A stretch of DNA of 64,000 nt from positions 16,434,524 to 16,498,523 of the forward strand of contig NC_057749.1 of NCBI RefSeq assembly GCF_004010195.1, written 5' to 3'. Each line of letters begins with the position of its first letter. Position 1 is the first letter of the stretch. The stretch is from Chiloscyllium plagiosum. Taxonomy: Eukaryota. The notes under the pieces were generated by a model, which was not told the DNA's origin, searched no databases, and saw only the letters and a program-made list of their open reading frames with translations. Shown here piece by piece: positions 1-12,649 of the stretch. Both the position numbers and the translations under genes were made by a program.

Positions 1-689
1 ATTTCAATGCCTGCTACTGCTGTAAGGCTCCTAATTGTGTTTCTTTGGTGTGGCTAACATTTGTGGAACTTCTCCAAGTTATTCATGTTTGAGCATTCTT
101 ACCCAGACCCTGAATAATGAGGAGACAGTTCAAAGAAACTGCCCTCAAACATGTACCATATCTCCAGAACAACTGAGATTGAAATTTGCCAGAGAAAATT
201 TCTCACATCCAAGATGATTGACTGATAAGGATGGGATTTCTAGCAGGGAAAAAGCCCAAAACTGATTTAGGAGCGTGGCGATTGCTGTGGAGGATTCTCT
301 GAATGAGCTGAAGTAGCATAATGACCTTGTCACTAATAAAACAATTGTTGATAGCAATAAGGATCAAAGCTTAATAAATAATGTGGTGAGAAGAGAGTTC
401 TCTACTGGATTACTTCAAGATAGTTTTGTTCATATACTTCACATTTAATAATTTTGTGGACTTGAGCTTGAAGGATTGATAGATTTTCTTTTTTAAAAGG
501 CACTGGAACTTTTATTTGAATCAGGCACTTGTTAGTCACATCTTGTGATGGCTGTTTACTGGACACCTATTCCTTATATATTTAGAGAATGAGAATTCCT
601 ATAGCTAGGAATTGAGTTTAGCAAATTAAAAAGAAAACACACAACAAAGTCTGCCTTTGGTTAACAGGCAGGATATAGGTGCGATTACT

Positions 690-1470
690 AGGTTTGATTT
701 GATTTGATTTTTGTCACACATACCTAGCTACAGTGAAAAGTTTTGTTTTGTCTGCAGTACAAACAGATCATAACACTCAAGGACACAAAGATCGTAGGGT
801 GATTGAAGAGTGAAGAATAAAAACCTACAGCCACAGAGAAAGTGCATATAAAGCAAGATCAACATTAGATTTGAAATTTGAAAGTTCAATTCAGAAGTCT
901 AACAACAGTAGGGAACAAGCTGTTCTTGAACCTGTTGGTACATGTTTAAGTTTTTGGATCTTGTGTCTCACAGAAGAGGTTGGAAGAGATTAATCTGGGT
1001 GGGAAAGGTCTTTGACGTTGGCTGCCTTTCTGTGGCAACAAGAACTGTCTATGAATGGGAGGTTGGTTTCCATGATGGTCTGGGCTGTGTGAACAACTTT
1101 TTGTAGTTTCTTATGGTCCTGGGCAGAGCAGTTGCTGTACCACACCATTATGCACTCAGATAGTATGCTTTCTATGAAGCATCTGAATGAGTTGGTGAGG
1201 TCCTTATGGATGTGCAGAATTTCCTTAACTTGCTGAGGAAGAGGCGTTGTTGTGCCGCCTTGTCTGCTGTATTAATGCGAGTGGTCCAGGACAGGTTGGT
1301 GATTTTCATTCTTAGGAACTTGATGCTTTCGACCATCTTCACCTCAGCTCGTTCGATGTAGATAGGAGCATATCCTCCTTGCTACCTGAAGTGAATGACT
1401 TACTCTTTAGTTTTGCTGACATTGAGGGAGAGATTGTTGTCTGTGCACCATGTCACCAAGTCCTTGATCA
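690..1470 (-). mobile_element. Rex1/Babar-like non-LTR retrotransposon 3' fragment (degenerate)
   Basis: Reverse complement resembles the 3' part of the element at ~2850-3520; (GATTT)n tail at ~695-710. Boundaries approximate. Confidence 0.6.
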
Positions 1471-1959
1471 CTGTGAGACAGTCACATACAACAGCAGGCA
1501 ACTCAAAAGCTGTGTGGAGCCAATCTCAGTAAGATTTTTGCCAGGAGGAGCTCTGCTCCTACACACTTTTACTTCCTGAAGTGAAACCTTATAAAGTTAG
1601 TAATAATTCAAAAGAAGACTGGGACCTCAGCATCGTTTGGGACACTGAACCTAATGATATCGTCAGAACTCCGGCTAAAACCACTTAGCACGATGCAAGC
1701 ATTATGTTCCATTATCAGAAGAATGAGTATTGGTTACACTCCATTACATTGTAGTCTTTGTAACAAGAAACCAAACCATCATGATCTAATTTATAATGTA
1801 TGAAGGTATGTATAAAGCGTAATGGTTGGTAGTCGGGAGCTTTGGCTCATCGGTCTTGTTTTCCCTCACTGCCGTTTCTAGTTAATGTTTCAGGATGAAA
1901 TACCAGGAGGTCCTAAAGAGGGAATTATCCTTAATTCCTCTGTGTAAATGACACAACAT

Positions 1960-3520
1960 AACAGGCTATAAAGCAAAGTCGAACAGAATTGCAGGCAACA
2001 GTACATCCCTACCCGCTAAGCTCTTTCATTCTACACTCAGTTTGAACCAAAAGGCAGTGGAACGATGTTACCTATCCCAACCACCTCAGATACACCTGTA
2101 CCCATGGTCTCCACTGCAGTTATTAGATTGGCCGCCTTGAGAGTGAACCCACGGAAAGTGACTGGCCCAAATGGAGTCCCCGGCCAAGCAGTCCCATCCT
2201 GTGTGGCCAGCTTGTGGGAGTACTCGCAAACATCTCTAATCTCTCCTTATGACAATCTGAAGTCTTCACCTGTGTCAAGAAGACCACAGTCATCCAAGTG
2301 CCAATGGAAAATCATGCAGTGTGCCTCAATGACTGCTGCCTGGTGCTCTGACTTCCATAATTGTGAAGTGCTTTGAGAGGTTGGATATGGCTCACATCAT
2401 CTCCAGTTTCCCAGTCTGCTTTGATCCCTTGCAATTCACCTACTGGCGCAACAGGTCCACGGCAGATCCCTGGCCCTACACTCATCCCTGGAACATCTGG
2501 ATAGTAAGGGTACTACATCAGGCTCCTGCCTATTGATTTCCACGTTTATTACCATAACTTCAAACAAACTCACCTGTAAACTTTCAGACCTCTGTAATTG
2601 GATCCTCAACCTCCTGACCCACAAACTGCAATCAATAAGAATAGGCAACACCACCACCTCAATCCTCAACACTGGTGCCCTGCAAGGCTGTGAACTCAGC
2701 CCCTTACTAAACTCCTTACATACTCAACTGTGTGGCCAAATTCTACCCCAAATCCATTTATAAGTTCGCTGACAACACCACCATTGTAGGTTGGATCTCA
2801 AACAACGATGAGACAGAGTAAGATATAGTGCTTAGCAGCATGGTGTAAAGCCAACATCAGTAAAATGAAGGAGTTGGTCACTGACTTCAGGAAACAGAGT
2901 GAAGGGTACACCCCTGTATCAATGGTGCTGAGGTGGAGATGGTTGAGAGTATCAGGTTCCTGGGAGTAAAGATCACCAACATTCTGTCCTGGTCCACCCA
3001 TGTCAATGCAATGGTTAAGAAAGCAGAACAACGTCTCTACTTTCTCAGGCTAAGGAAATTCAGCATGTCCATAAGGACTTTTCCTGATTTTAATAGATGC
3101 ACCACAATGCGGTGTAGCAACTGCTTTTCCAAAGACCGCAAGAAACTAGAGTCGTGAACATCTCTCAAACCAGCTTTCCACCCATTTACTTTATCTATAC
3201 TTGCCTCTGCCTCAGAAAAGCAACCATCATAATCAAAGACCCTTCCCACCCAGCTAATATTTTCTTCCACCCTCTTCTCTTGGGCAAGTTATAAAAGTTT
3301 AAATACAAGTACAAACAGATTCAGTAACAGCTTCTTCCCTGTTGTATTCACATTTCTGAACAGACCTCTCAAATGTTAACGTTGATCTCTCTCTCTGCAC
3401 CTCCTCTACTGTATTCTGCACTCTGTTCTGCTATCCTGATGCACTTTGTATGGTATGATCTGCCAGTATAGCATGCAAAACACTTTTCACTGCATTTTGG
3501 TTCATATGACGACAAAAAAA
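1960..3520 (+). mobile_element. Rex1/Babar-like LINE reverse-transcriptase remnant (frameshifted)
   Basis: Broken RT peptides: LCNWILNLLT...LNTGALQGCELSPLL, KFADNTTIVG (FADD-like), VESIRFLGVKITNILSWSTHVNAMVKKAEQRLYFLRLRKF; many stops and frameshifts. Confidence 0.75.
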
Positions 3521-4596
3521 ATCATTCAATAACTGGCTTACATAATATGACATTTGCTCTGCCCCCATTTGATCACAATTTCTCCATGTTTTCAAATTTC
3601 CCTTGATCACCACTGATTTTGTTTTTTCTTTGTTGGTTGTACAACTAACATTAATGTAGGGAATCAAGAAAGGAATCCAGTGCAGGACAGCCTACACATC
3701 CCTGTTCTGACCACTGACTTCAGACTGCAACTATCTCTCATTTTCATGACTTTCTGCCATCACTTTATCTCCTTACATTTTGGAGGTTTAATGTTGGCAT
3801 TTTTGATATTTTCTATTTAACCCGTTTGGAGATGTTGTTATATAGCTCTGAAGAAGGTGGGACTTGAACCAAAACTTTCTGTCCCAGAGGTAGGGAACTA
3901 TTATTGCACCACCAGAGATGTTTAGAACAATAAATTCTCATCCCTTGACCAGGAAGTAAACCCAGACCATGGGTGATGCAAGTGCTGAGTCTAGACCACA
4001 AGGGAAGTGTTGCTCATGTTTAGTAATACCCATGCTTGAACACAATCAGCCCCTTGGCTCAGAAGTTAAAATGGGCATCCTCCAGGATGTCAGACAACAT
4101 TCTGCTCAATCAAATCCACCAGAATGATATTAAGAAGTGTCTCATTTCTCTGGGCTTACTTGTTCATTTTGAGACAGTAACTACATTATGTAACTGTGTG
4201 TGAAGCAGAGATGACTTGTGAAACATGGTCACTGTTTGTTAATACTTCTTGTATTTCATCAAATGATTATTTTTATATTATTTAGCAGTTTTCATCTGTT
4301 CAATTTCTTTCAAAAATGTTCTCTGCAGTTACTTTAAAGCCAGTAACTATATACAACTGGAATCAGCAACCCTAGTTCCACCTTTACCTGTTACTGTTCA
4401 CTTCCCTCCACCTGATAAAGTTACTCATCCATTTCTCAACATCCAGTTCTAAAGATCTTCATACACATTTTAACCTGTTTTTCCTTTCAGGTCCAACTTA
4501 ATTAAAAGTGACAAAGTTTCAGAAGGACTGCTGATACCACTGTGTGTGTTTTTCAAAGGATCCAGAAATCAAAGTCAACCAGGTCAAATTTGGAAC

Positions 4597-4647
4597 ATGG
4601 GGGGGTCTGCCAGTCACCTCTCAAAAGAGCAACTTTCTGAATATCAG
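4597..4647 (+). CDS. CIB1: CIB1 coding exon 1
   Basis: MGGSASHLSKEQLSEYQ; donor CAG|GTGAGA; upstream acceptor tttcctttcag ends at 4490. Confidence 0.93.
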
Positions 4648-7600
4648 GTGAGAAAATAAAATGCAGCTTTAACAAAAAAAAACTCTTCTTGGGAGAATTT
4701 GTCCCCACATGGAGCCCAGCATAGATAAGTTAAACTATAATTTCCAAGTATTTAGAATAAATTTAAACCCAAAATATTTATTGTAACTCTTTCAATAATT
4801 TGTAAATTGGTCTGGATGATTACTATTGCTTTAATTGCAGTATTGTCTCAAACCCATTTATGAAAAAAAACCTAAAATAAATGCAGATGCTGGAGAGAGA
4901 AATAAAAACAAAGTCCAAAGAAATGTCATTGAGCTCAAAACATTAGCAGTGTTTCTCCTGCCACAGGTACCGCTGCTGACTTTCTCCAGCACGTTTTTTT
5001 AAACTTTATGAACTGAGCATATTGGTTTCTAATATTATTGACTTAGCCAAGGGAATGAGACTTTGCAGCAACAGGAAAAGAACATTTTAATGTCTGAATT
5101 GAATGTAAGGATGTGGCATGGCTAAACAAGAATATGAAAAGGCAAAACAAACCCTGCAGAATGGAAGATTAAATAATGGTAGAAAGAGTTGGGAAAACAA
5201 GAGATTATTGTAGTCTGAAATTGCTGAGGTACTGGCCAGAGCAGGGTTTATAAGGAGCAAAAAAACACTTATCAAAAACGCATCCAATTACATCCACTAT
5301 TTTTGAATCCTGATGTAAATTTGGAAACCAGCTGTACACGGTAAAATTTCACATTTAATACAAGATTAATTCATTAATTGTCCTGCTCTCCATTAGCTGG
5401 CAATGTTGACAAGGTTATTAGAGCTGAAAAGTGCTGCACTGGAAAAAGCACAGGAGGTGCTCCTCAGATGCTGCCTGACCTCCTGTGCTTTTTCCAGTGC
5501 AGCACATTTTGACTTGGAACTCTTCAGCATCTGCAGTCCACACTTTCTCCAAGGTTATTAGAGCTACTCACCTTCGTTATAGTTCTGTAGCAATTTAACA
5601 TGAAGCCTAACAGTCTGCATTATTGATGCAATAGCTTTGATGCACAGGAGGATCAGCCTTGAAGCATGGCTTGATCCTAGAGAAGGTCGAATGAACCAAA
5701 CTGATAATGAATTGTAAATTATTGGGGCTGCTGGAAATCTGAAATCTAAACAGAAATACTCAACCGGTCAGGCAGTGTGTGTGGAGATTGAAAACAAATC
5801 AGCTTCTTAGGGATGTTCTAATGAAAAGTCATTGACTTGAAAGTTTACCTGTTTCCCTCTTCAGAGATATTGCCTGACCTGCTGAATATTTCTAGCATTT
5901 TCTGTGATAATTAAGTGAACTGTAAGAAACATGGAGGATACATTTTGGTTTTTAATCTTCTGAATGAAATAAAGGCCAAGACATCCATCCTTCGTCAGTG
6001 GTTGGATCATAAACAGCTTGACTTGCCTGAACGTCCTATAACAGCTGACAGGGATGTGCCAGCACCAGTGCTTAAATGTGATTTGTTTTTGTTTTAGGAA
6101 CTGACTTTTTTAACAAAGCAAGACATTCTGCAGTAAGTGGAGGATTTTATATTTTGTTTCATGGTCTCTGTAGAGTAATGGAAATGTTCCTCTTTTAATC
6201 TGAAAGGAAAGTGTCAGTAAAACTCCCCAACACCATCCCCATCAAACATTTGCATAAACCTATATCTCTCGTTCAGTTGTATCATGCACAGGAATGTGGG
6301 TTAAATACAAAGTAAAGCTACCTCTACTCTTTTTTTTTTTGAAACTGAAATTAAAGCCCACTTGACTCTTTTAAACTGGAAGTAAACTGTAAGTAAAGTT
6401 CCCTCAACACTGTCTCCATCAAGCATTGCTAGAACAAGAACACAGGGGGTAGATACAGAGTAAAGCTTCCTCTATTCTGATTAAAGTAAGTCAAAAATAA
6501 TAATGAAACAGCCCCTGCAAAGGCATTATATTGAACTAAAACACAAATTTGCAGTCAACGTTCAATGTGTAGATGCTCTCAAGAATGGCTTGGGTGAGAT
6601 ATTGGATGAAATTTGGTACTGTGAAACTGTTCCTAGAAAGGAGTTAGCATAACATGTAAAGAGTAATGATTAATATAGTCAGTAGCTTGATAATTGTGAA
6701 TAAATAGCCACTTCACGACGATTGCGACAAATTTCCTAGTCATTTTCATCTTTCAATTGAATTAATGCATAATCCAGAACATTTTAATGTCTGAACTGAA
6801 TGCAAGGATGCGGCATGGCTAAACAAGAATATGAAAAAATGAAACAAACCCTGCAGAATGGAAGATTAAATAGTGGTAGAAAGAGTTGTGAAAATAAGAG
6901 ATTATTGCAATCTGAAATTTCTGAACTACTGGTCAGAGCAGGGTTTATAAGGAGCAAATAAACTTGTCAAAAATGCATCCAATTACATCCACTATTTTTT
7001 AAGTCCTTGATGTAAGATTTCACAATTAATACAAGATTAATTCATTAATTGCCCTGCTTTCCATTAGCAGACAATGTTGTAAGAGTTGAAAAGTATGGAA
7101 AAATCAGGCAGCATTCGAGGACATAACAGTCAAAGTTTTGGGCACAAGTACTGGTTCTTTATCTTAAACATTAACCTGCATCCTGCTCCTAAATTACATT
7201 GTAATCTGCAGTTCTAGTTGAAGAATTTGCGCAGCTTATTTTGAACCATTCTAAAGAGGTTTAAAATATTAATGCTCATTAACTCTTTTATCCACAAAGA
7301 GCTTATCGAATATTTGCGGAGCTGCTTTCAAAAGATCTGGTTGACTTCCAAAACACAAGAGTTTCAAAGGACAGAATCTGTGAGATGCCAGAACTGAAGG
7401 TATGAAAAGACCTCCAAAGTAGTCTTTATGATTCTTGTTCAATTATCAGTCTGGAGAAATCTCTATGTCCCAGTTGTTCTCAACAGCGAAAACAATTCAG
7501 CGAAGTGCTAACATCACTGCAATGTTTTAGGTAGTGCTAACGTAGAAGTGGATTGGTTAAAGCAAATGGGTCATGTTAAAAGTCCTCTGAGCTCGAGGAG

Positions 7601-10600
7601 GAAATGTCAACATTGTTGTTCATCACCTCCTGGAAGATGTTGCTGGGTGAGGATAGGATTGCTTTTGGCCATGACAACCTTTATAGTAGAATAATCTGTG
7701 AACACTCACTGCATCAGCTCTCTCGTATAACAGCTGCTGGCTGCTTCCATGATGTTCTAGACAGAATTGCGATGTCTACTGCAAGATGATTAACTACCAT
7801 TCACAGTTAAAACTCACTTGTGAATGATCAGAATTGCAAAGATCTGTAACAAAATCATCAACAATTTTAACTAACTTTTCTCTTTCAATTACAGGCTAAC
7901 CCCTTCAGAGAGAGAATCTGTATGGTGTTCTCAACTGCAATTGAAAAGGACGGTAGTATGTCTTTTGAGGATTTCTTAGACATGCTGAGTGCTTTTAGTG
8001 ATTCGGCAACTCCTGAGATCAAGTCACACTATGCTTTCAGAATTTTTGGTTAGTCTAATCTTCTGGGGGTAACAATGCAGATACTATGGCCTGTTGCAAA
8101 TACATCGGTGCTTTAATTCTTGTACTCCACTTGTGGACTTTAGCAGACTGGTTTTCCCATATACTCTGGACCACCATGTACAGACCTGTCTGTTTGTAGC
8201 ATTCCTGAACAAGCTAATGTTCAGTGTTCCTCTTTCTGTTTCCCAATAAGAGTGAGGAAAAAGGAGAATTCTTATCCTGTATTTAGGGACCAACTGGAAT
8301 CCCCAATCAAGAATATTGCAGGCAATGTATTCCAGATTCCCACCACCCTGGTGGGGAAAATAAATCCTCAAATCCCCTCAATCTCCTGTCTTTCATCTTA
8401 AAATTATGCCCTCTGGTTACTGACTCTTTCAACGAAGAGGAACAGCTGCTTCCTATCCACCCTTTTCATGCCCCTCATAATCTAACCTTTCTTTGCAGCT
8501 AAGTTTAGCTGGGTTAGAACCCAGAATCCAGTTAGCAGGAGGATTTTGAGGTTCCCTATCTAATGGTTCTTGTTAATAATGTGGATCTTTTGGATAAGAA
8601 TAGTACCTAATGACCTTCCTTACAAACACTCATTGTGCATGTTCAATACGCAGAACTGAACATTTGGGGAAGGTATAAAAGGTTGCCTGTTATTTTAACA
8701 CGGAGGTCTTCGAGAATTTATCACTCTTGGGATTTTGTAGTCCCTGCAAAGAACCTCTGACCCCAGATTAAAATGGAGTAAAGTACATAAAATATATCGT
8801 GGATATAGAACGGAGGCCATCTATTTGTTGCACAAGTTGAGGGTTGGCTTCATATGGAAGAATTTTAGTTCTGTTTAAAGGGTAACAATGACTTAACATG
8901 AAGCTTGTTCTAAAACATTTATTATTTTGACAATGCTTACAGATTTTGATGATGATGGCACCTTAGATAAGGAGGATTTGAAGAAATTGGTGAATTGTCT
9001 AACAGGAGGTACATCTGATACACAACTGACAGAGGCAGAAATGAACCAGCTCATTCAAAATGTAAGGAAACTCTTACTGAAAAGTTGCGAACTTTAATAT
9101 ATTAAAAAGAACAACTTTATTTAAAATGGGAATCTTGATAGAACGTTAAGTGTAGAACAGTACGACACAAGTGAAGTACAACTCCTTGCTTGCTCCCATA
9201 GTTTCCCCACTAAGTCTGCAGCTGTAGGTGGAAGAAAAGAATTAAAGTCCTGGGAAAGTTTTAGAGTAGGTGGTGGTAATGCAATGAGCTCAGTGACAGT
9301 TTAGATGATAGCACGAGAACAATGTATTTATAGTTCAGGAGTAAAGAGAAATGTTGAGGTAAGAAATCCATTTGCTGTGTCAAAATTGGCTGCTACCTTC
9401 CTGTAATAAGTGTCTGAACTCAGTGTTTCAAGCAGCTGTGAAGTGCTTTGCTACATCTTAAGGTCGTGGAAAGTGGGCTTTTAAATCAAGCTCACTCTCT
9501 ATTTATTATTTAGTCTGGTTTCATCATCCTTCATGCATCAATCTCTTTCTGACATTGCACGCCAGTAACCTTGTTGGTCTCTGAAAGTTTTTTTCCATTA
9601 ATGGAGAGAAAACAGTAATGTGTTTAAATATTTCATGATCTTTTCTGGTGGAATTTTGACTCTGGCTCAGGATGTTTGAAGTATTGCATTGCAGTTGGAT
9701 AAAAGTTACCTAAAGGAAGCACTATATAGGGTCACCAAGTAGGGATCAGTGTCAGCTTATCAACTTATTTGCATTTGAGACATAAGATCCTTACTTTCTC
9801 CTTCATCGAAAGTCTGAATCTTGTTTTCTAGCAATAGATTCTAGGCAGGGTAAGGGGTGCACAAATGTTCAGTATCTAGCCCAAGCACCCATTCCTTGTG
9901 AATAACAGCAGACTATGGTCATAATCTAACTGATTAAAAGAACGATGTCCAAATAAGCCTGTGTATCCTTTCAACTCGAGTCGCCAAGTGTCACTAGTTT
10001 TCTTGTTGGCATTGAAACCCCATACTGACAGCCAAATTAATCAGAAGACATTGTTTTATAATAAGCAACAAGTTTAGAGGAATAAATAATTTCCTTCCAG
10101 CCCCGCAAACATTAATTTTCAATGGAGGAACTTTGTGGCAGTGAATGTAACTTCAAGAGTATCAGCTGGAATTTCACAACTTACAGTAATTAATTTAAGG
10201 AAATTTCCAATTGCATTCTCTGACAAAATCATAATTTTACATGTAACAATAGAATACTTAATTTTTTGGCAGGAATATTTCAATAGCTAGTTGTACTCCA
10301 TAGTTATGCCTGGTTAGACCTTCTCACTTGCAATGAGAAACTTAAGAGTGACACTACAACAAAAGTACAATACTGCAGATGGTTAAAATGCTCAGCAGGT
10401 CTGGCAGAATAGATGGACAGTTCACGTCACAGATTGACAACCTTTCAAGTAGAACAAGTGAGCCTACTGTGACTAGGACACCAGTTGATTAATTTTATTT
10501 GAATTAGTTAACTTATTACTAACCATAAGAGATTTTAATTAGTCAGGGGTATTTGGTATCACCTCAAATAACCAATTATGATGTAGTGTGTGGAATGAAC

Positions 10601-12390
10601 TTTGAGGAAGTGGTGGATGCAGGCACAATTACAACATTTTAAACAAAACTTTGATCAGTACATGAATAGGAAAGGTTTGGAGGGATATAGGCCAGGAGTG
10701 GCCAGGGGGAACTAGTTTAGTTTGGGATTATGTTCAGGATAGACTGGTTGGACCGAAGAATGTTTCTGTGCTATACAACTCTATAATATAGCTCCAAGGC
10801 CCATGGTTTGTGTTTTTTTTTAATTGATTCATTCACAGAGCATGAGTGTCAGTGGACAGGCCAGAATTTATTGCCCACTCCGAAAAGCCCTTGAAAAGGT
10901 AGCATGGTGAGTTGTCTTCTTAAACCACAGCAGTCCTTAGAGAGGACTATGACCTAGCTACCACGAAGGAATGTGATATGTTTTCAAGCCAGGATTGGAG
11001 TGGAAATTGCAGGAGGTGGTGGTGTTCACTTGTATCTGCTGCCCTTGTCCTTCTAGATGGTGGAGGTTACAAGTTTGGAAGGTGCTTGGAGTCTTGGTGA
11101 GCTGTTAAATTCCATTATATGGGAGATTTGATTTTCCTTTATAAGGTTATGTTCCTGTTATTCCAAAAGTAAATCTGATCAGTTTTGATTCTAAGTAACA
11201 AGTCTATAGCCGAGACAGTCATCAACCCAGCTTCATGATTGGTGGAGGCCTGTCAGCTGGTACAGAACAAACACTAGAATTAGAGACAAAAGACAGTTTG
11301 CATGTGTATAATACTCAATATTCTGAGATTTAAATCTAGCGATACACAGCATTTCAGGTCCTGGCTTATAACTGCCTATTGATTGCTTGGTGCCTAGAGC
11401 ATATTTGTGATGTTTAGATACTAGCTTTTTAAAGTCATTAGGTGAAAACATCTTGGGTTAATTGGTAAACTTTAAGCTCCAGTTTAGAAACTTTTTGTAT
11501 TCGATAACTGGGTTCAGATTGTTTTGCCAGTTTTAACACCAAGAAAATGTAAAGGGTGTATATCCAATCCACTTTTAAAATACTTTACATGTACTCACTG
11601 TGTCATTCAGATTTTGGAAGAATCCGACATTGATAAAGATGGAACCGTGAACCTCTCGGAATTTCAGCATGTCATCTCCAGGTCGCCTGATTTTGTGAGG
11701 TACAGTAAACAAAACGTAATGGTTCTTCTTTCACTAGCTGAAATGTGTTTTAGCTATAAATTGAGCGACAGCCCAAAAGGGTGCAAGTCAATTATGTGTC
11801 CTTTGAGAAAAGGAATGCTGTTTTGAATACTAAAGTCTCAATTCACCAAGGGAGCATATTTGATTTCTAGCCTGGTGATTCATTAAACATGACTGGGTCA
11901 ACAGTTCAGGAACTTTGTAATTGGTCTCTGGTGCAAAATGCCTGTGTGGTTGTCCACGAGGACAAAGCTGATTTTAACTTATTCTGCTGAAAATAAACAG
12001 GGTGCTAAGTGTCCTGGTATCTTAGATTCAATAATCTTCTGATTTGAGTGAGAACATGCGGTGTAGTGTTAAAAGAAATGTTTCAGCTGAGATCATTCTA
12101 GTAAGGTTCCAATCTAGGTCACATGACATATCTAAAATTCTATTTTTGAGGTACGAATAGAAATGTACTGCTCATAGTTCACCTGTGGGAAGCTCCTGAA
12201 TTAAGCTATACAACACCCACAAAGTACCCAATATTTTTGTTAATGAAGTGAGGAGACTCCTCTTGTATCTACTAAGGTTTTGTTAGCTTTCCTGCCGTAC
12301 ACTTGCAAGTAAACAGTCACAGTTTCTGATTTCCTCTTTGAGATTTAGATATTTTGTTTGCCTTTCAGCTCCTTCAAGATTGTACTTTAA
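4597..12390 (+). CDS. CIB1: Calcium and integrin-binding protein 1, whole gene span (7 coding exons, 570 nt, 189 aa)
   Basis: Exons 4597-4647, 6098-6132, 7300-7399, 7895-8048, 8943-9061, 11611-11699, 12369-12390 join in frame with GT-AG sites. Protein MGGSASHLSKEQLSEYQ...ANPFRERIC...YAFRIFDFDDDG...ILEESDIDKDGTVNLSEFQHVISRSPDFVSSFKIVL* has an N-myristoylation motif and EF-hands matching vertebrate CIB1. Confidence 0.95.
5079..5408 (+). repeat. Intronic ~330-bp segment, copy 1 of a local direct duplication
   Basis: Aligns by eye along its length to 6776-7079. Confidence 0.85.
5426..5549. mobile_element. Short Penelope-derived non-autonomous insertion (family A) with perfect 28-bp hairpin and 16-bp target-site duplication
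   Basis: CAAGGTTATTAGAGCT at 5410-5425 and 5550-5565; inverted arms 5431-5458 / 5478-5505; shares the CAGCATCTGCAGT end with the other family A copies. Confidence 0.7.
6098..6132 (+). CDS. CIB1: CIB1 coding exon 2
   Basis: ttttag|ELTFLTKQDIL..|gtaagt, 35 nt. Confidence 0.93.
6220..6480 (-). repeat. Degenerate monomers of the 69-bp minisatellite family
   Basis: ccatcaaacatt..., gggttaaatacaaagtaaagctacctctac and agatacagagtaaagcttcctcta resemble the unit of the 56434-57575 array. Confidence 0.55.
6776..7079 (+). repeat. Copy 2 of the local direct duplication
   Basis: Aligns to 5079-5408 with substitutions and an internal deletion. Confidence 0.85.
7300..7399 (+). CDS. CIB1: CIB1 coding exon 3
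   Basis: AYRIFAELLSKDLVDFQNTRVSKDRICEMPELK|gtatga, 100 nt. Confidence 0.9.
7895..8048 (+). CDS. CIB1: CIB1 coding exon 4
   Basis: ANPFRERICMVFSTAIEKDGSMSFEDFLDMLSAFSDSATPEIKSHYAFRIF, 154 nt, AG/GT flanks. Confidence 0.95.
8943..9061 (+). CDS. CIB1: CIB1 coding exon 5
   Basis: (D)FDDDGTLDKEDLKKLVNCLTGGTSDTQLTEAEMNQLIQN, EF-hand, 119 nt. Confidence 0.95.
10825..11100 (-). mobile_element. SINE/LINE-tail repeat (family related to 42690, 45550, 52625, 62100)
   Basis: Shared motif ggccag(a/c)atttattgccca(t/c)..c..a..gcccttga. Confidence 0.5.
11611..11699 (+). CDS. CIB1: CIB1 coding exon 6
   Basis: ILEESDIDKDGTVNLSEFQHVISRSPDFV, EF-hand, 89 nt. Confidence 0.95.
12369..12390 (+). CDS. CIB1: CIB1 last coding exon
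   Basis: ctttcag|C TCC TTC AAG ATT GTA CTT TAA = (S)SFKIVL*. Confidence 0.93.
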
Positions 12391-12643
12391 AATAATCGTG
12401 GATCAACGTTCTCCTGATTCCAGCAACTGACGGCCTTCAATGCTTTTTCACCTCAAGATGGGGTACAGAATGAGAGAGAGAGAGTAGATCTTTGACAAAT
12501 AATTTATCTATCACAGCATCACTTTCTACAGCTGCAGTTACAGTATTCAAAGTAATCATGTTTCAAAATGGTTTACACCAGAAAATGTTTTATATTTTGT
12601 GACAATTTTGTTTCCAATGACAAACTCAATATTTTTAATGTGC

Positions 12644-12649
12644 AATAAA
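12644..12649 (+). terminator. Putative CIB1 polyadenylation signal AATAAA
   Basis: First AATAAA about 250 nt after the CIB1 stop, followed by T-rich sequence. Confidence 0.55.
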
